Of a stretch of DNA of 64,000 nt, positions 50,469 through 64,000 are shown piece after piece. A model generated the notes under the pieces. It searched no databases and was not told where the DNA came from. It saw nothing but the letters and a program-made list of their open reading frames with translations. The stretch comes from Balanoglossus misakiensis. Its lineage: Eukaryota > Animalia > Hemichordata. The translations under genes were made by a program, and so were the position numbers. Positions within the stretch are counted from its first letter, which is position 1, and each line of letters starts with the position of its first letter. The DNA lies in contig CM082580.2 of assembly GCA_040954595.2 (NCBI GenBank), forward strand, positions 5,136,783 through 5,200,782. Reading direction: 5' to 3'.

Positions 50469-53400
50469 GTTCATACGACTCTCTTCCTTTAAATTGTACG
50501 CGCACATCAAACAAACTGAGGGTCATGATTTATCGTGTGATCCAGACACCAAACATGTCAAAGACTGCCACTTGCGGCTGATCCAAAGAGGTCAACACAC
50601 TAAAGCTACAGTTCACAGAGCAGAAATCGCGTAAGGAAGATATACACTATAGACAAGCTTTATCTGCAAAGTCCCAAGTGAAGAAAACGTGAATGACGAT
50701 GTTGATGAGCTGGGGTGTAATAAACTACCTGTGCGTCACCGTGTTTTCAAAATTCAAAAAGGGAAAAAGGAAAATATTGCATTATTCAGTACCCATTACT
50801 CTAAATGCCAACTTCTTTTTGGTTTGGTTTGTAACAACGCCCGTGCATTATAGACATGAAACGCGAACAGAACATCTCGAAAGGTGATAGACTGTTGTAA
50901 ACATGACAGATATGCATAACTAATGCGTACGTATTTACGTACACACGCACACATACGTCAGTAAAATGAATTAGGATAATTGTCTGATCAAAAGCGTCTG
51001 CACAACTGCTCATGAGAAGTGTTTTTTTTAAACAATTACTGCGATTAACCTCTCAGGTCTGATAATACAGCAGCTGGTTCACTTGTGCCTTCTGTTTTGT
51101 ATCACTTTTACTTCTTCAGAAACATTTAAAAGAAAGTATCAACAACGCTTTAATTGTTTTTACCTTAAATGAAATGCGTTATTCACCCTGGTATTACCGC
51201 GAAGATGGGTGTCGTTTTCGTAATGAGAAAATAAAAGTTTTCAAATCATAACTGATATAGGTATTTCTTATATGCACTTATTAATAAATATTAGAAAGGG
51301 ATTTGATATGGCTACTAGGGGAGGAATACGCGTCCGTGCAATTAGACACACATTTAGGTAGAAACCCCTTCATAACAGGTAACGTGTATAGAATAGCATT
51401 TATTCTATGTAGAAAACGGATCCAGTTTGGTTAAATTAACAGTAAGCCTCTAGGGCAGGGTTTTAATATCTAATATATATCTTTGATTAAATCTCGACGG
51501 TACACGCGTTGCTGGACGTAATTTCCCTCGGTCCAACTTTCTGAAATATTAATACAGGGATGTAGCTGGATAGTCTTGCCTCGCACGGTACGCTATCTCT
51601 TGAGTGAGAGTTTATTTCACAAGAAGATTTATTCGCTTTTTTGACAAAATTACCAATGCTCGTTATGCATTTCCCTTGTCGCTTTCACAAAACAAGATTC
51701 AGTTCAGGATGTCAGAGTAATTTCTTGATTTTTTCAAGGCTGCATTTTAAAATCGTTCCGGGTGGGTATTTTTGGCCCGTGAAACTGTATACAACAAGTG
51801 TGCCGCGTGTTCGTTATTGTTATTTGTTGTGTCGTTGATGAACATCAAAGTACGGGTACCCCCTTAATCGACAATCATCGCAAGTTTAATCAACGTGGAC
51901 TACTTGCCGCGTAGAGGGCAGAACGAGACCGCTGTAACACTCCATCATCCGTCGGAGAGAATTGATTTCGCGCGAATCGCGAGATGCCGTCTCATTTACG
52001 TCCGTGGCCAACTTTGTCGGGTATGACGAATTTACCGTGTGCCGTGTTGCACGCACTGAGAAGGTCGAGTGGTTTGTAGCTGTATTTCCCCAACTCCTCA
52101 ATTTCAATTTGCAGAGAATGGATTGTGTATGAAGACGCATTTTCTGGGAAATGGTGTAATACAAGGCGAACAATGCTTGTCTTAGATGGTTCCATGGCAA
52201 CCTAAGCGAGACTCTTTTTTTCACCAACTTCCATAAGAAGCTCAGCGTTCGTCACGTGATACTGGCATGCCTGCAAGGAGAGTTCATTTGGCAAATTGGA
52301 AACACAAATCTCCGTATCGAAAAGCATCCATATTTTATAAGTGCAATATCCGTGATGATAAAATCTGGCATTGTGCACACTGACAAAAAAATCTAAATGA
52401 AATTGGTTGAATACACATAGCATATAAACAAAGCTGAGCCACGCGCCAAAAGGGGTTATTTGTAATAATTATGAGTACGATTTTAATAAAACCCTGACGC
52501 GTTTAGCGCAGCCATTATTTCCGTATCCTCTAGCCTAGCTTTTATGGTTTGATCACATGTAGTGGTCGCGGAGAGAAAAATATTCGTACCTGCTTACCTG
52601 TAGGCCTATACTATAGTGCGTACAATAAGGTAGAAGAAGGCACTAACACTAACAGAGACGGGTATGGAAATAAAAACTAAAATAACGGTTGGTGTTTAGT
52701 CGACGAAAGTCCGAAAAATTTCCCCTTTCTTATACAGACCCATTTTACCTTAGCAAATTGAGATCTAGCCGATGACAGATCACACAGATCACAGAGTGGC
52801 CACGCGAAAAAAAGTGCGCCACCAAAGGATTATTTGAAAACTTACATTGGTATACGTAAATTAGAGTGTACCTTTAAGGTAGCGATATAATTTCTACCTG
52901 CACTATTTCACGAATATTTCAACTGTCTCCAGCGGAAAATACAAGTTAGCTCAAATGCCGTTCATTATAATTCCTCGTGTGTTACACTCACCGTCTTTAC
53001 TCAAAGCAATGCATCCCACATTGGACACAAATCTCTGGACTAGGAAAACATATTTTAAAATACAAATCAATAAATCTTTTAATCTTTTAGTAGTTCACAA
53101 TGGCAATAATAAAGGTCAAGCTGGCTCCAATGCCCTTTGGTATAATTTCTCATCTGTAATAAATACTATAATTTCTCAATGCCATATCATCAAGGGCAAC
53201 CTGGGAATCCCGAATATCATTCAAAGCGCTGGTGTGTTTACTCGACTCTAAAAAATATGACATCTTTCCCCTTAACAATATACATGTATTTTGTACCTTA
53301 CCATTAAAAATAACTGCGGTTGTTATATGGCGTTTTCTAAACAGCTTATCATCCATCGGATAAGAAACTTTACATAAAGGAAGACTATTTTTCTTCTTAT

Positions 53401-56400
53401 CTATTTCTCGTTCTTCAGTGACAGTGCTCGAAAGATCGAATTTGAATATAATCGCATTTAGCAAAATTCAATCGACGGGATCCCTGCTCTGGGTACCTGA
53501 TCCGTGATCAGCTAAATATGGCGATTATACGTGGATGTGATGTGTTTTATCATCTCAGCGGAAACCCCCTGTATCAGACTACACTGTTCGATATAGCCAA
53601 TGATTTCTGCTAACGACTAAATGAACCAAAGACCTTTTGCGCTACAAGTCGAGGTAAAATGGGAAGTTTAAATCTGCCCTTGCAAGGTGGAACTGAAGTC
53701 GCGTCGTCACCACCTCGCCGAAAGGAACGAATCAGTCAATGGCAAACCTTCAAAGCGGGAATGTTTCGAAAAAAAAAGGATCCGGATAGATCTGATGATT
53801 TGGAGAGCGCGCGTCACACCTGACGACTTCGACGACAGATGTCATCGGTGATATTCAATCACTTGGTGCTAAAGGAAATTTGGAAAATATCGAAGAGAAG
53901 GAGACGACCCTGGCGCTTATTATTAATAAAACCCCGATGCACCTGTGACCGAGGCTCAATCATCGGAAAGTAGTCATCGAGCCTTTCATATGCGTCCGTG
54001 AAGAATTTTACCAGGAAATCAACAGGTTTGAATAATCATCGATCACCCAAACGTCGGTATACCGCGGTACTTGATCCCGAATCAAATAATATAAACAGAA
54101 CCACACTGTCAGTGGACGCTTTTTCTGCGTATAATATACGCCCATAGTGCCCAACCTCAGGTGTATAGGGCCATGTCAAATGCTTATTGATTCGTCCAAA
54201 CAAAACGAGGCTTTTTAATAAAAAAAATAGTAAATCTAGAGCTCGGGCATCATTTATTTCAGGGATATGCAGTGTTTTATTGCTTTTCGGACGTTGTCAT
54301 CGAGAAACTTGCTGTCTGATACGCTCATAGAAGTTCTTACACGGCTTGCGGCAGATACAAATATATGGTACAGATACATGTACGAGATTTTGGCTCCCGT
54401 GTTTACCGTTGTTATAGTGCGGTAAACTGTCGTGCGAGCTTCACATAGGCGTAGGAACCGGGGGTAGGTGTGGCACTTGCCCCCCCCCCCCCCCCCCCAT
54501 GCTGAAGTTGGGGAGGCAAAGACATACTTTACCCCCGCCTATAACTTTAGGGACTTTTAATTGATTTTGAGTCCACAAAACGCAGTTTCGAGCTTTTTAT
54601 ATTACAACATTTTCTAACGTGGGAGGGCGAACTAGCCGGATCGCTTTCAGTTCTTCTGTGCAGACTCCGCAAATTGTAAATTTTCATTCACCAAAATCAA
54701 ATATATTTCCATGAACCAAAGAAAGACTAGCTCTCACAGACGCTATTTTTATTCACCAACTTCAACTAAGTCCATATATGTTAACATCCAATATCCCCTC
54801 TTTATGGTTGATATTCATGGATTAAGTGAAAAATGAATAAAACGCGTTTATCTTTCCTTCAGAAATATTTGCAGCGAACTTTCACGATGGTATCTTGGCC
54901 TGAAAACGTCAGAAGAAAAAGACGGATGAGTTGCCCTATGATATCATCTCGGAGTGAATTCCACCAAAGCGTGAGAAATAGCCATTTTGCTGATCCGTGG
55001 TTGATAAGGACGTTCCGCGTATGACAAAGGTATGTCGGTCGTGTGAAAAGAATGGGCATATATATGTTAGATCGGTTCATTTTGTGATCATAAACTGGAT
55101 TACGTGGGTATTTTGTAGACAAATGGAAGGAATTCCAAATGATCTACATTTAAGCGTGGGATGAGTAAACTCGACCACACTGAACTGTAGCAAAACGCGG
55201 CTTGGTGTTGAGTATTTATTTCCATAGGAACCGCACGTACGTTTTTTTCCGAATGGGTTTCTCGCGTCATCTGTTTCTAGGCCCTTGCACTTTCACGGGT
55301 AAAATGCGATTGCGTCTAAGCAATGCTGAAAACAACTACGGTATAGTACTTGGGGGGGGGAGGGGCTACAACACAATTTGAGTAAAAGATTCGGCGGTTC
55401 TTAACCTTGTGACGTCACTCTGATGATGAGAAATACTGTCAAGTTTGAAGGTACGCTGGATTTATATGTGCTGTTGACTGGCCAACAGCAAAAAGTCGAT
55501 TACAAGTTAGAAAGCTTCATGGCACAAATGAGAGAAAATACGAATGGTTTTGCCACGTGTGTTCGGAAGCTTCTGCACACGCGCACTACATCTTGCTGCT
55601 TTACAGCTTTACACAGCTTTAATTGCAAACAAAACATCATTGGCTTTTTTTTCAATAGAACTTTAATGTTGCTGCGTTTCATACTTTAGCCGAAACATTG
55701 CCAACAATCGGTGACGTCTTCACCGATACCAAAATAACGCATGCGCGTTGTCCAACATAGAAGAGTGTGATTATTTCCTCATCTGAAAAAGGTCAATGCG
55801 TCACCTACACACCCACTAACAGCAAAACGGCAATTTACAAGAAATGCGATAAATCAATTTTCCCTGGGACATCTGGGGATTTGCGGTGAAGCGAGAATTA
55901 TCCCTGCTTGTTGATACGTGACCAGAGGTGGATTGTCACCTATTCTGGTAGTGCGGGCGGGAATCTGGTCGCGATGAATTTCTTACAATTGTGTATTAAC
56001 CCCGGCACTTCCATCGTCGAACTCGTCCGTGGAGGGCTCGAAAGTGTGTTCAAACCGATAAATTGGATTTAAAGAAGCGCGCTTCGGAACGGAACTCTGC
56101 CCGGCAACAGGTTGATGACTCGTCAAATCGAAATTTCGCCCATCAAAAGAATCGATTTGGTGTAAACCTCTTTTTAAAAAAAAGTTGTGGCAATGCATGG
56201 GCGAAGATCTCCAAGGGTATTTAAAATATTATCTGTTTGTCGTCATTGGAAATATCACGTACGAACGGATGGAGAAACCTTCCCCCGATACATGAAGCGA
56301 GGTCGACACTTGAATCAGTTGGAGGCGTATCTTGCTGGTCGGGTGACTAAATTCAGATTGTCACGGTACTCTTGCCAAAATCAAAATGGCGCATGCGTTC

Positions 56401-58017
56401 TGAGGGTGGGGATAAAAGTCGAGCTATGCCGAGTCACGTTATATCCATTTGAATTTTTTTTAATACACCAACTTGTGCGTTCATTTGTTGAAAGATAAGG
56501 CAGCTGACACGTTTCAACAACACGCAAATTTTCTTTGTTTGGAAAAAATAAAACTAAAGCACAAAACTTGTTTTAAACAGTGTCCCAATTCATTAAATTC
56601 ACCTCTAAGTCAACTACACATTGCGCCGATAGACACGGAACAAAAAGATGACATAGAGTGCGTGTATGAACACCATGCAAAAGTATCCCTCCAAGTAAGC
56701 ACAAGCACCGTTAACTTTGACACGTTCAACTTCAAGACGTTAAAATGGCTTGTTTTGCAGACTCGGCGGGGGGGGGGGGGCGGGCTGTGCTATGGCCACG
56801 TGAGGGCCTCAAGTGTCTTCCCTCTTTTAAGTACGTAAGTGGATTTGGCGCATAATTTTTGTTTCATGTAGATATCCGCTGTGTGTTTCTGAAGCCGGGC
56901 GGGTAATAATGGCTTGTCACGTCTCTACCTCTCCTATAGGTATTCCGAACGAAAGTCAAGCGACGTCAAACGCTGGAAAAAAGGGTGCAATTTGCGCGAA
57001 GTGAGAAAAAGCATCGAGCCGTTCAGGTGACAAGAGACGATCGACGACGCGGGGCAATGCTGGCTTGCGTTTTAACACGCGTTTCCCCTGGTTGCAGCTC
57101 CCTAATTGTGAAAATCACTCAAAAGGGGAAAATTCAACAATCACTCTGATCTCTGTAAGAAGCGTTGCAAGTTCCCGTAATGACACACACTCACTCAGAT
57201 AAATGGGCCTTTTTGACAGATGTTCAAAAGATGTTTCCTGAAGCAACCGCGTAACGGGATGTTATCTCAACTTTTGCACTAGGAAAATCTGACCCGGTTT
57301 AGCTAGCTACGCGTGTACGTTTAGAAATGCGAGAGTGAGAGATGATACAAACGCAACTGACGACCCCAAATTTTGGCGGGAAAGTTTTTATATAAACGAA
57401 CATTGTGAGATGTCGACGCATCACATTTGGTATTTCGCTTTCAACTCCGGTATTACTGATTGTGATTTATTTTCAGAGCTTTTATATCTGTGAAATCAAA
57501 ACCAACACTTGCAGCAAATGAGACGCTTTGTTGTAAAATTGGGTGAAGACGTCACGTTTGCCATTTACCCTTGAATCGGAATTAATGGTGCACTATGGGG
57601 GCACACTATACCAATCGTTACATGCGTAATAGAAGAGCGAAACTGTGTCAGAAAAATATTAGTAATCGACCTTTACTACACCTTTTGGTGACAGCAGTGG
57701 GATTCGCAGTTTAATACCAGAAATGCTTGGATTTTACCGCCAAAACATGCGAACAGAAGTTTGAGTACAGGTATGCGCACGACAGTAAACGTTTGAGGAT
57801 TGTTCAGCGCACCAAGAGAAATACGCAAGAATCTAGTGAGGGATGGAACAGGAACAACGTTTAGTTTAATATATGAGTCCAAATAATGCCTTTTAATAGA
57901 ACGAGGTGGTCCAAATGAAGGAATATTATTTAGCTAATCAAATATGATGGTTAATTTATTAAAGAGAATATTAAAAAGCAGAACAGCTGAGTAGTTTATC
58001 GTATACATCAGTCTTTG

Positions 58018-58082
58018 CAGACGCCTTTGCTTCTTCCGCTGCTCTCTTTTCTGGAGAGCAGCTGAAGAAGCAAAGGCGTCTG
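58018..58082. repeat. Near-perfect 29-bp-stem hairpin
   Basis: CAGACGCCTTTGCTTCTTCCGCTGCTCTC, 7-nt loop, GAGAGCAGCTGAAGAAGCAAAGGCGTCTG; one mismatch. Confidence 0.85.
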
Positions 58083-59473
58083 GGTAACCGAAACTAGGGA
58101 AATACTATAGAAAAATCTCCGGCCAAAGATGGCCGACTCGAGGCAAAAGCGATGCATGATGGTCGATATTTATGACATTTGATATTATGATATGACGATA
58201 TTAGAAAACTATTTACGAAACTTGTCTCTCTCTTCAATTTGTAGACATTTTTAGCAGATCCAGCACTTCTCAGCATGTTTTTTTATGTTTGAGCCTACAA
58301 CCATCATGTGGGCGTCGTCTGCCGTCAGGGGCACGTTAGTAAGTGCGGGAAGAAAATAAATTTATTTGAGTTCGGCCATCAGCTAATTGGAATTCTTTGT
58401 GCGCCGTCGCCTTGAATTGGATCCCAAACACTTCAGTTGAGTTGACGCTGTTATCAAGTGGCTGATTCCACCTTCTTACTGCGATCTATTATCGCAAGCC
58501 AGGCGTCTGTAACGCTAATTGATTTAATACTAAGGAGACAAACGCCATGATATACTCTCGTGTCGATTTGACGGTGTCGCTGATAGTATGATCGGTGCAC
58601 ATAATAGCTATCTGCCGCAATCTTACGATATCCATTCGTATTTTGCAGTTTGTACGCACATGCAAGGATTTAACAGTCAAAAAATAAAAGTCGTGAACTA
58701 TTTTCGCTTGCCCGAGGACATTTTAAAGAAGCATTACCTTTCTTGAAAAAAAAAACACACTGCAAATTGTCTGTTTGCCGTTTCAGTTATGCACGTACAA
58801 AGCAATCTGTATAATTACCCAATCTTCGCAAACTGTGAGCGACAGATTGTTAGTCGCGAGGTAGCACTGCCCGAAGACGCTCGCCATACCATATTTTCTG
58901 GGCCCACTTGGTCTGATTTTTTTTGATTGATTGTTAATTTTTGCTATCCGATGTTCCCTAGATAATCTTTGAAGACTAATCACTGAAAATCTAACAATCT
59001 TCTCTACGTTTAAAGTAAATTTCCCTGGAAATTCCTCGAAGACAAATGAAAATATTGTGATTAATTTTCTCGAGCACGACAAATGAACAGCCGGATTATT
59101 TGTAAGATTTAAGCATTCTACAGAAGGTCTCCTAGAAATGGAATTTGAATATGATGACTTGTAAGTGGAATCTCGAAAAAAGCAGGCAGCTGGTCGAGGA
59201 AAGTGGTGAACGGCTGACGTCACCGTCTACTGAATTCCCGCCGGAATTTTGGAAAACTTATCCACGACGAACACCAAATCACACATGGCTCATTCCTTTA
59301 AATAGGACTAAGGGCACCCGGGTATCACTACAAAAATCTGCAGAGTTTATACCAAAGCCTGACAGATTTTCGCCCTAAATTTGAAAATATTACACATGAC
59401 GAAGGAGATGCTCTCCACTGAGATTTTTATCTTCCTGAAGGTCACCGCTAACGTCACCGCCAGCTTCTCTTAC

Positions 59474-59700
59474 CTTCCCTGGGGATGCTGATTTTCGTTT
59501 TATTGTCGAGGTTTTTTGTGTTTTTGTTATCTCCGGGTGTAATGGATGGTCAAATCTGACGTCAGTCCAATTTTTTCGAAGTAAAAAACGTAGATACGGT
59601 CTGCGCTTGCGCATTCCTTTTCCTAGTAACCGTTGCTGAAGACCACTCAATGCCTTCTTGTGTCTGCTCCTGTCTCAACGGGAAGGAGCCGCCATCTGTT
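59474..59700 (-). promoter_or_regulatory. Candidate promoter or first exon (CRE, NRF1-like and YY1-like motifs; strong minus-strand donor)
   Basis: TGACGTCA 59557-59564, TGCGCTTGCGCA 59602-59613, GCCGCCATCT 59688-59697, donor AAG|GTAAGA at 59474/59473. Confidence 0.35.
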
Positions 59701-59914
59701 GGAATTATTTTGATTTATTTGTAAAATTTTACAAAACGAGCAATACCCAAACTAATTGGGCGGGTGCTATATTAAGTGAGGAAGAAATACCCCAGCCATT
59801 TTGCAGGATAAAAAAAGTTATATTAATTCACCACATGAAAAGGAACATAAACTGCTATATATCACATGCGGATACATTTGCGGATTGTGTAGGACCAGCT
59901 GCGCTCAGATTATT

Positions 59915-60123
59915 AGGGGAGAACCATTTGATTTCTGGGGGGGGGGGGTGGATGGAGGATTTTTGGCAGATGGTGCACGGAGGGAAGGAAAATTTGCAAT
60001 GCCTCGAGGAAAAAAGGTGTACTGGCTATCAAATAAAAAATGCTGTAAACAGTGGCTGAAAATAATCTGCTGACAAAGTACAAAAATCCTCTCCCTCCCC
60101 CAGAAATCAAATGGTTCTCCCCT
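59915..60123. mobile_element. MITE with about 27-bp TIRs, possibly PIF/Harbinger-like
   Basis: AGGGGAGAACCATTTGATTTCTGGGGG ... CCCCCAGAAATCAAATGGTTCTCCCCT; TSD unclear (TTA versus TTG). Confidence 0.7.
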
Positions 60124-61479
60124 TGTGAGATTAGATGAACTCAGACAAGATGCTGTTGGAGGGATAAAGACATGATTGAGAAGAATGGAAAGAATATAGA
60201 GGAGTGGCATCCCCCCTCCCCCTCCCCCCCCCCCCACGTACACAGGATACCGGCTCGTGAGGTTGAAGTCGCCATTCTCAAGTCTCGTCTCTCGCATCAA
60301 TGGGTACTCCACCCAGACATATTTGAACACATCTTTGTTCTTCCTAAACTAGCCACTTTCATCAGGTTGAAGATTTTGCTTGATTTACAAGAGCCGGTAT
60401 CGTGTGAATGGTTGACGGAGAAGGGCCTGGCGAATGTCACGATTTCAAAAAATTCTTTACCGACAGGCATTACGTCACCATTCACGTGATCTCGTCAATG
60501 GGGAAGGAAGTTGGCGGGTGGTGGAGGTGTGACACTCGATGCCCTGTTCCGAGTCACGTAGCGGCCACTCTTTTTTCGAAAGAACCTACTTGTTATTGTC
60601 GCCCGGATGTTTGCTTTTCCTACTCGTGATGGAGGGAGGGGTTTGAGTAACAATAGTGCAAGATGGGTCGGTCACATCATCACGCAGTGACAAATTCATT
60701 TTAGCTTAAAGCCCAACCGCAATTTCCCACGATATTAAAGTGATTTGATAGAGTTTTGCAGTGTTTTTTTTGTTGCAGCATATTTGCTCCAAGACATTTT
60801 ACTGTCTCTTGTGAGATCCCAGGTACATGTACTTCTAGTACATTGAAATTTACCTCTACTCTACTCCTGTAGATTACAGTAGAGGGTTTCAAACTAAAAT
60901 CGTCAGAATAGCGTGAACATTACGACTATACTTAAAATCTAAGGCCAAACGTCATAGTCTAGTCAACCATATAATGTTTACGAATACTTCCAGTTTTGCA
61001 CGCTTGATTGGGTAAAAAATTCACTGCTTCCGAAGACGCGTATAAACGTCAATAAACGCGTCTAATTCTCACCGAAGAAATCATACCACCACGTCATATA
61101 AAATGTCGATCCTAATATGTCAACTTCATGCGAAAAACACATCATCACGCCAATTGTTAATCAGAGTTAGCAATTTGTAATTTACTGAATTTCATATAAA
61201 TTTACAATAATGGCACAATCTCAGGCTGTTTTCTGCCCTGAAACCGCCCAGACGTGTTCGCACAACGGTGACTAATGGCTGCGGCTGCGTTAATTCAGAG
61301 CCCTCCCCTACCGCCCCGACTCTGCATATTGTTTAAAATAATCTCCCCCGTGATCAGCGAAAAACACGCATCAATATGTCGTATTCTGACAGGTGGCAAG
61401 GAAACAACACGGGCTGCGCGTGTTCCGTTACCACGGCAACACTACCGGCTTCTCGGCCGCCGCATGCTAAGTAGGTGGG

Positions 61480-61671
61480 TGATGAAACGCGGGAGAGAGT
61501 TAAGAGAAGCTTCACTCACAGATCAAACCGACAACCGAGGCAACCACGACGAAGACGAAGACGACCAAGTTTGGACCTCTCAGCGTTTACTGAACAGGCA
61601 GACAGCAGCATCTCACATCCGAATTTTGCCTTCGGTGGTTAAGCTCCTCCGGAACCAAGCACTGCATCGAG
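61480..61671 (+). other. Candidate non-coding first exon of a gene continuing past the window
   Basis: CpG-rich region ending in a perfect donor GAG|GTAAGT (61672), followed by a C-rich intron start; the 5' boundary is approximate. Confidence 0.4.
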
Positions 61672-64000
61672 GTAAGTCCAGTCGGTAAGCCCCGCACAGA
61701 CTCCCACGGCCCCTCCTCCCCTCACCCCTCCCTCCCCTTTCTGCTCCAGACTTAATCTATACGCGAGCTTTATCGATTGCCTACCCGCGGTCTTCCGCTC
61801 GCTCGTTCGGTCAATTCTAATGATTTACGTCGTCCATCTGCGTTCACGTAAGAGAAAACATTCTTGATTCCTCGAGCAGTTGCTTTGTCTTTTCAGCGCA
61901 ACATTGCAGTTACTAACGTATAGGCGTTTACCTGTGCATCATGGCAAGTTTAGTCAGAAAACTATTGCTGATGGTAGAATTTACGGAATGATCACTAATG
62001 GACAGGACACGTCCTTTTCTGACGAGACGTTCGTTCGCCCAAGCGCAGACGCTTCCACATCTGAAAACAAGAACAACCAAATTTAGACTGACAGACATAT
62101 ATTGGTTTGCACGCTCGCATGTTCTTTATCTTCGCCACCCTGGAGGTTCATGTTCAACTTCGTTTCATGACTTTTCAATGAAAAGTAATCGCTAAATGAC
62201 AGTAGTTTAAGTTGTTACCCCCCCCTCCTGTTCTGTCTGTTTGCTTCGGTTCCTTCTTCTAACCACCCCTCCCATAGAATATAGGTTAAAAACACCAAGA
62301 GTTTGGCCAGTCAACACCTGTATTTTGATGTTTTGGATGAACAAATGCTTTAGAGGTGGAGACAACAAGAAAGACGAGCCGACATACATGTTCTGTGATA
62401 AATCATTTGCCTGTACCTTTATAGGTTTTGCAATCGGTTAACAAATGAATGATTTGTCGGAAACTTTTCATGGTAACAAAGAACGTCTCCAAAAGGGGAA
62501 AGTGGTGACATTTCAAGATACACCAAACCCTATCTTTAATCTCTGCCGACAGCTTTGAAACGGCGAAAATGACAGAGGTCGCTCGAAAGATCACGTGGTA
62601 AAAATTTGTATGGACGAATTGCAAAGTGGAGCAGAACATTGTATCAGTCGTATTGAACGCTGATTCGTTCGGAGATACAAATAGTTATACTGGACAGAGC
62701 TTAAAGTTTTGTATGATAAAAATTATTATACTTTCATAAGGCGTATTTCTTCTGGCATTCTTCCAACAGGGTGAATTATATTCTGACATTCGCAATTAGG
62801 CCCTTGTTTCGTTAATAACCCCTTCAAAGTACTTTGATTCAAAATTATGTGCACTATTTTCTCTTTACACCTACAATTATTGTATTATGAATCGCACCTA
62901 TCGAATACCATTGCAATCCTCTGGTGGCGGGGGGCTAATACCAACCACCGGTTATTATAATAGGTAATACTCATTGTACATGCGTCAAGGACTTGACGGG
63001 CCGGGGAGTCTTATAGTTCGCTCTGTGTGTCATAGAAAATTGAGGTAATATGCCACGCGCGTCCATTCAAGGTATGATACGCTGAAACTATCCTGAACGA
63101 CAATCTGGACAGGTTCTCTATCTCCGAAGGATGTAAATGACCTTAGCTCCTAATTACTACCGCATCCGACAAAACTCTCACGCGGTTTTTGGAATATCGC
63201 TCCACGGGAACAGAGTCGGTCATTTGTAACACGCGAAGGTCGAATGACGCGACCCAAGTCGGCATATTTGTCATCACGACTCGCACGATAACCCTTTGGC
63301 GCGCAAAACCTTTACGATAATTGATTAACAATACGACAGGCTGTCGGGTATCCTGCGAACGGCTGTAATTCGATTCAGATTAAACTAAATGTGATCAGCT
63401 AACGAGTTGGGGATATGAGGCACGCGTACCTGGAACTTTCCAATGCCATATTTCAATCGAAGTCGCGCCGTTTTTCTTCATTGTTAAACGCCAGTCATCG
63501 ATGCAATTTATAACAAATGTAGTGGCACTCAGTCTTAAATATTATTTTCAGAAGGTCGTTCTAGTATCAGATGATCGACGATTTGTAGACCTCACCAAAC
63601 AAACAAGCTGCCCTTCGAAATAATGTACCTAACCATAGACAGATTTTGTTCTCATAGTGGTGCAAGTTTTTCTGTGAACTCTCGCAGCTCAACGCATCCC
63701 GAAACCGTTTATGGCAAAATAATGGAGAGAAAATAATCTTAATGCCCCATAATGCACTAATGGCATCTTTTAATTTTCACATCTTCGGCAATATTTGAAC
63801 TGAGCGAGCGTTGTTACATTCACCATTGAACGACCCGTGTAGTACCGGAAAAACTGAACAAATTAATTTTTGCGTTTCTTTGGGGAGTGACAGAGTGAAT
63901 TGGAGAGACGAAGAAACTAAGAAACGCGATGAGGAGTTAGTAAGATGCTAAAATTCAGAATGACCAACAAAATGGCATATTATTTTATTATCCTACACTC

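Noticed and set aside
50227-50634. 135-aa plus-strand ORF with an internal repeat
   Set aside because: Produced by a local DNA duplication; no recognisable domain or splice support
53800-53880. Minus-strand LNITDD resembling CTBS ANITDS, as a possible paralog exon 3
   Set aside because: The similarity does not extend, there is no DGINIDxE motif, and stops are nearby
54445-54545. ATAGGCGTAGGAACCGGGGG...poly-C segment resembling a transposon end
   Set aside because: No matching second TIR or TSD found
58783-60489. ORFs of 100-146 aa around 58.8-60.5 kb
   Set aside because: No recognisable homology; several run through a MITE or poly-G/C tracts

Overview
Intron-rich, AT-rich eukaryotic DNA. 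The gene content and style suggest an invertebrate deuterostome such as a hemichordate or echinoderm (inference only). I assembled four spliced genes by hand, with GT-AG junctions and matching phases. (1) The 3' half of a kinesin-2 KIF3B/KRP95 gene (+, 339-4077). (2) A 12-exon gene of about 1862 aa (-, 38816-9911). Its N-terminal ~241 aa are a CECR2/RSF1-type DDT-WHIM1-WHIM2/3 ISWI-binding module, joined in frame to a BCL9/BCL9L/Legless body (HD1, HD2, HD3, PPPY, TLQYFP). This apparent chromatin-remodeller/Wnt-coactivator fusion is the main finding. (3) A complete MAP1LC3A/B gene (+, 41660-42941), head-to-head with the fusion gene. (4) A complete di-N-acetylchitobiase CTBS gene (-, 49057-45815), plus an intact orphan terminal exon of a diverged CTBS paralog (50174-49974). 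Also present: several small TIR elements (TTAA piggyBac-like MITEs, one carrying a nested 52-bp element with a 9-bp TSD; Tc2/pogo-like; Harbinger-like), candidate internal promoters in the 17.6-kb intron, and candidate first exons near 59.5 and 61.6 kb. Homology calls are from recalled family motifs, not database searches.
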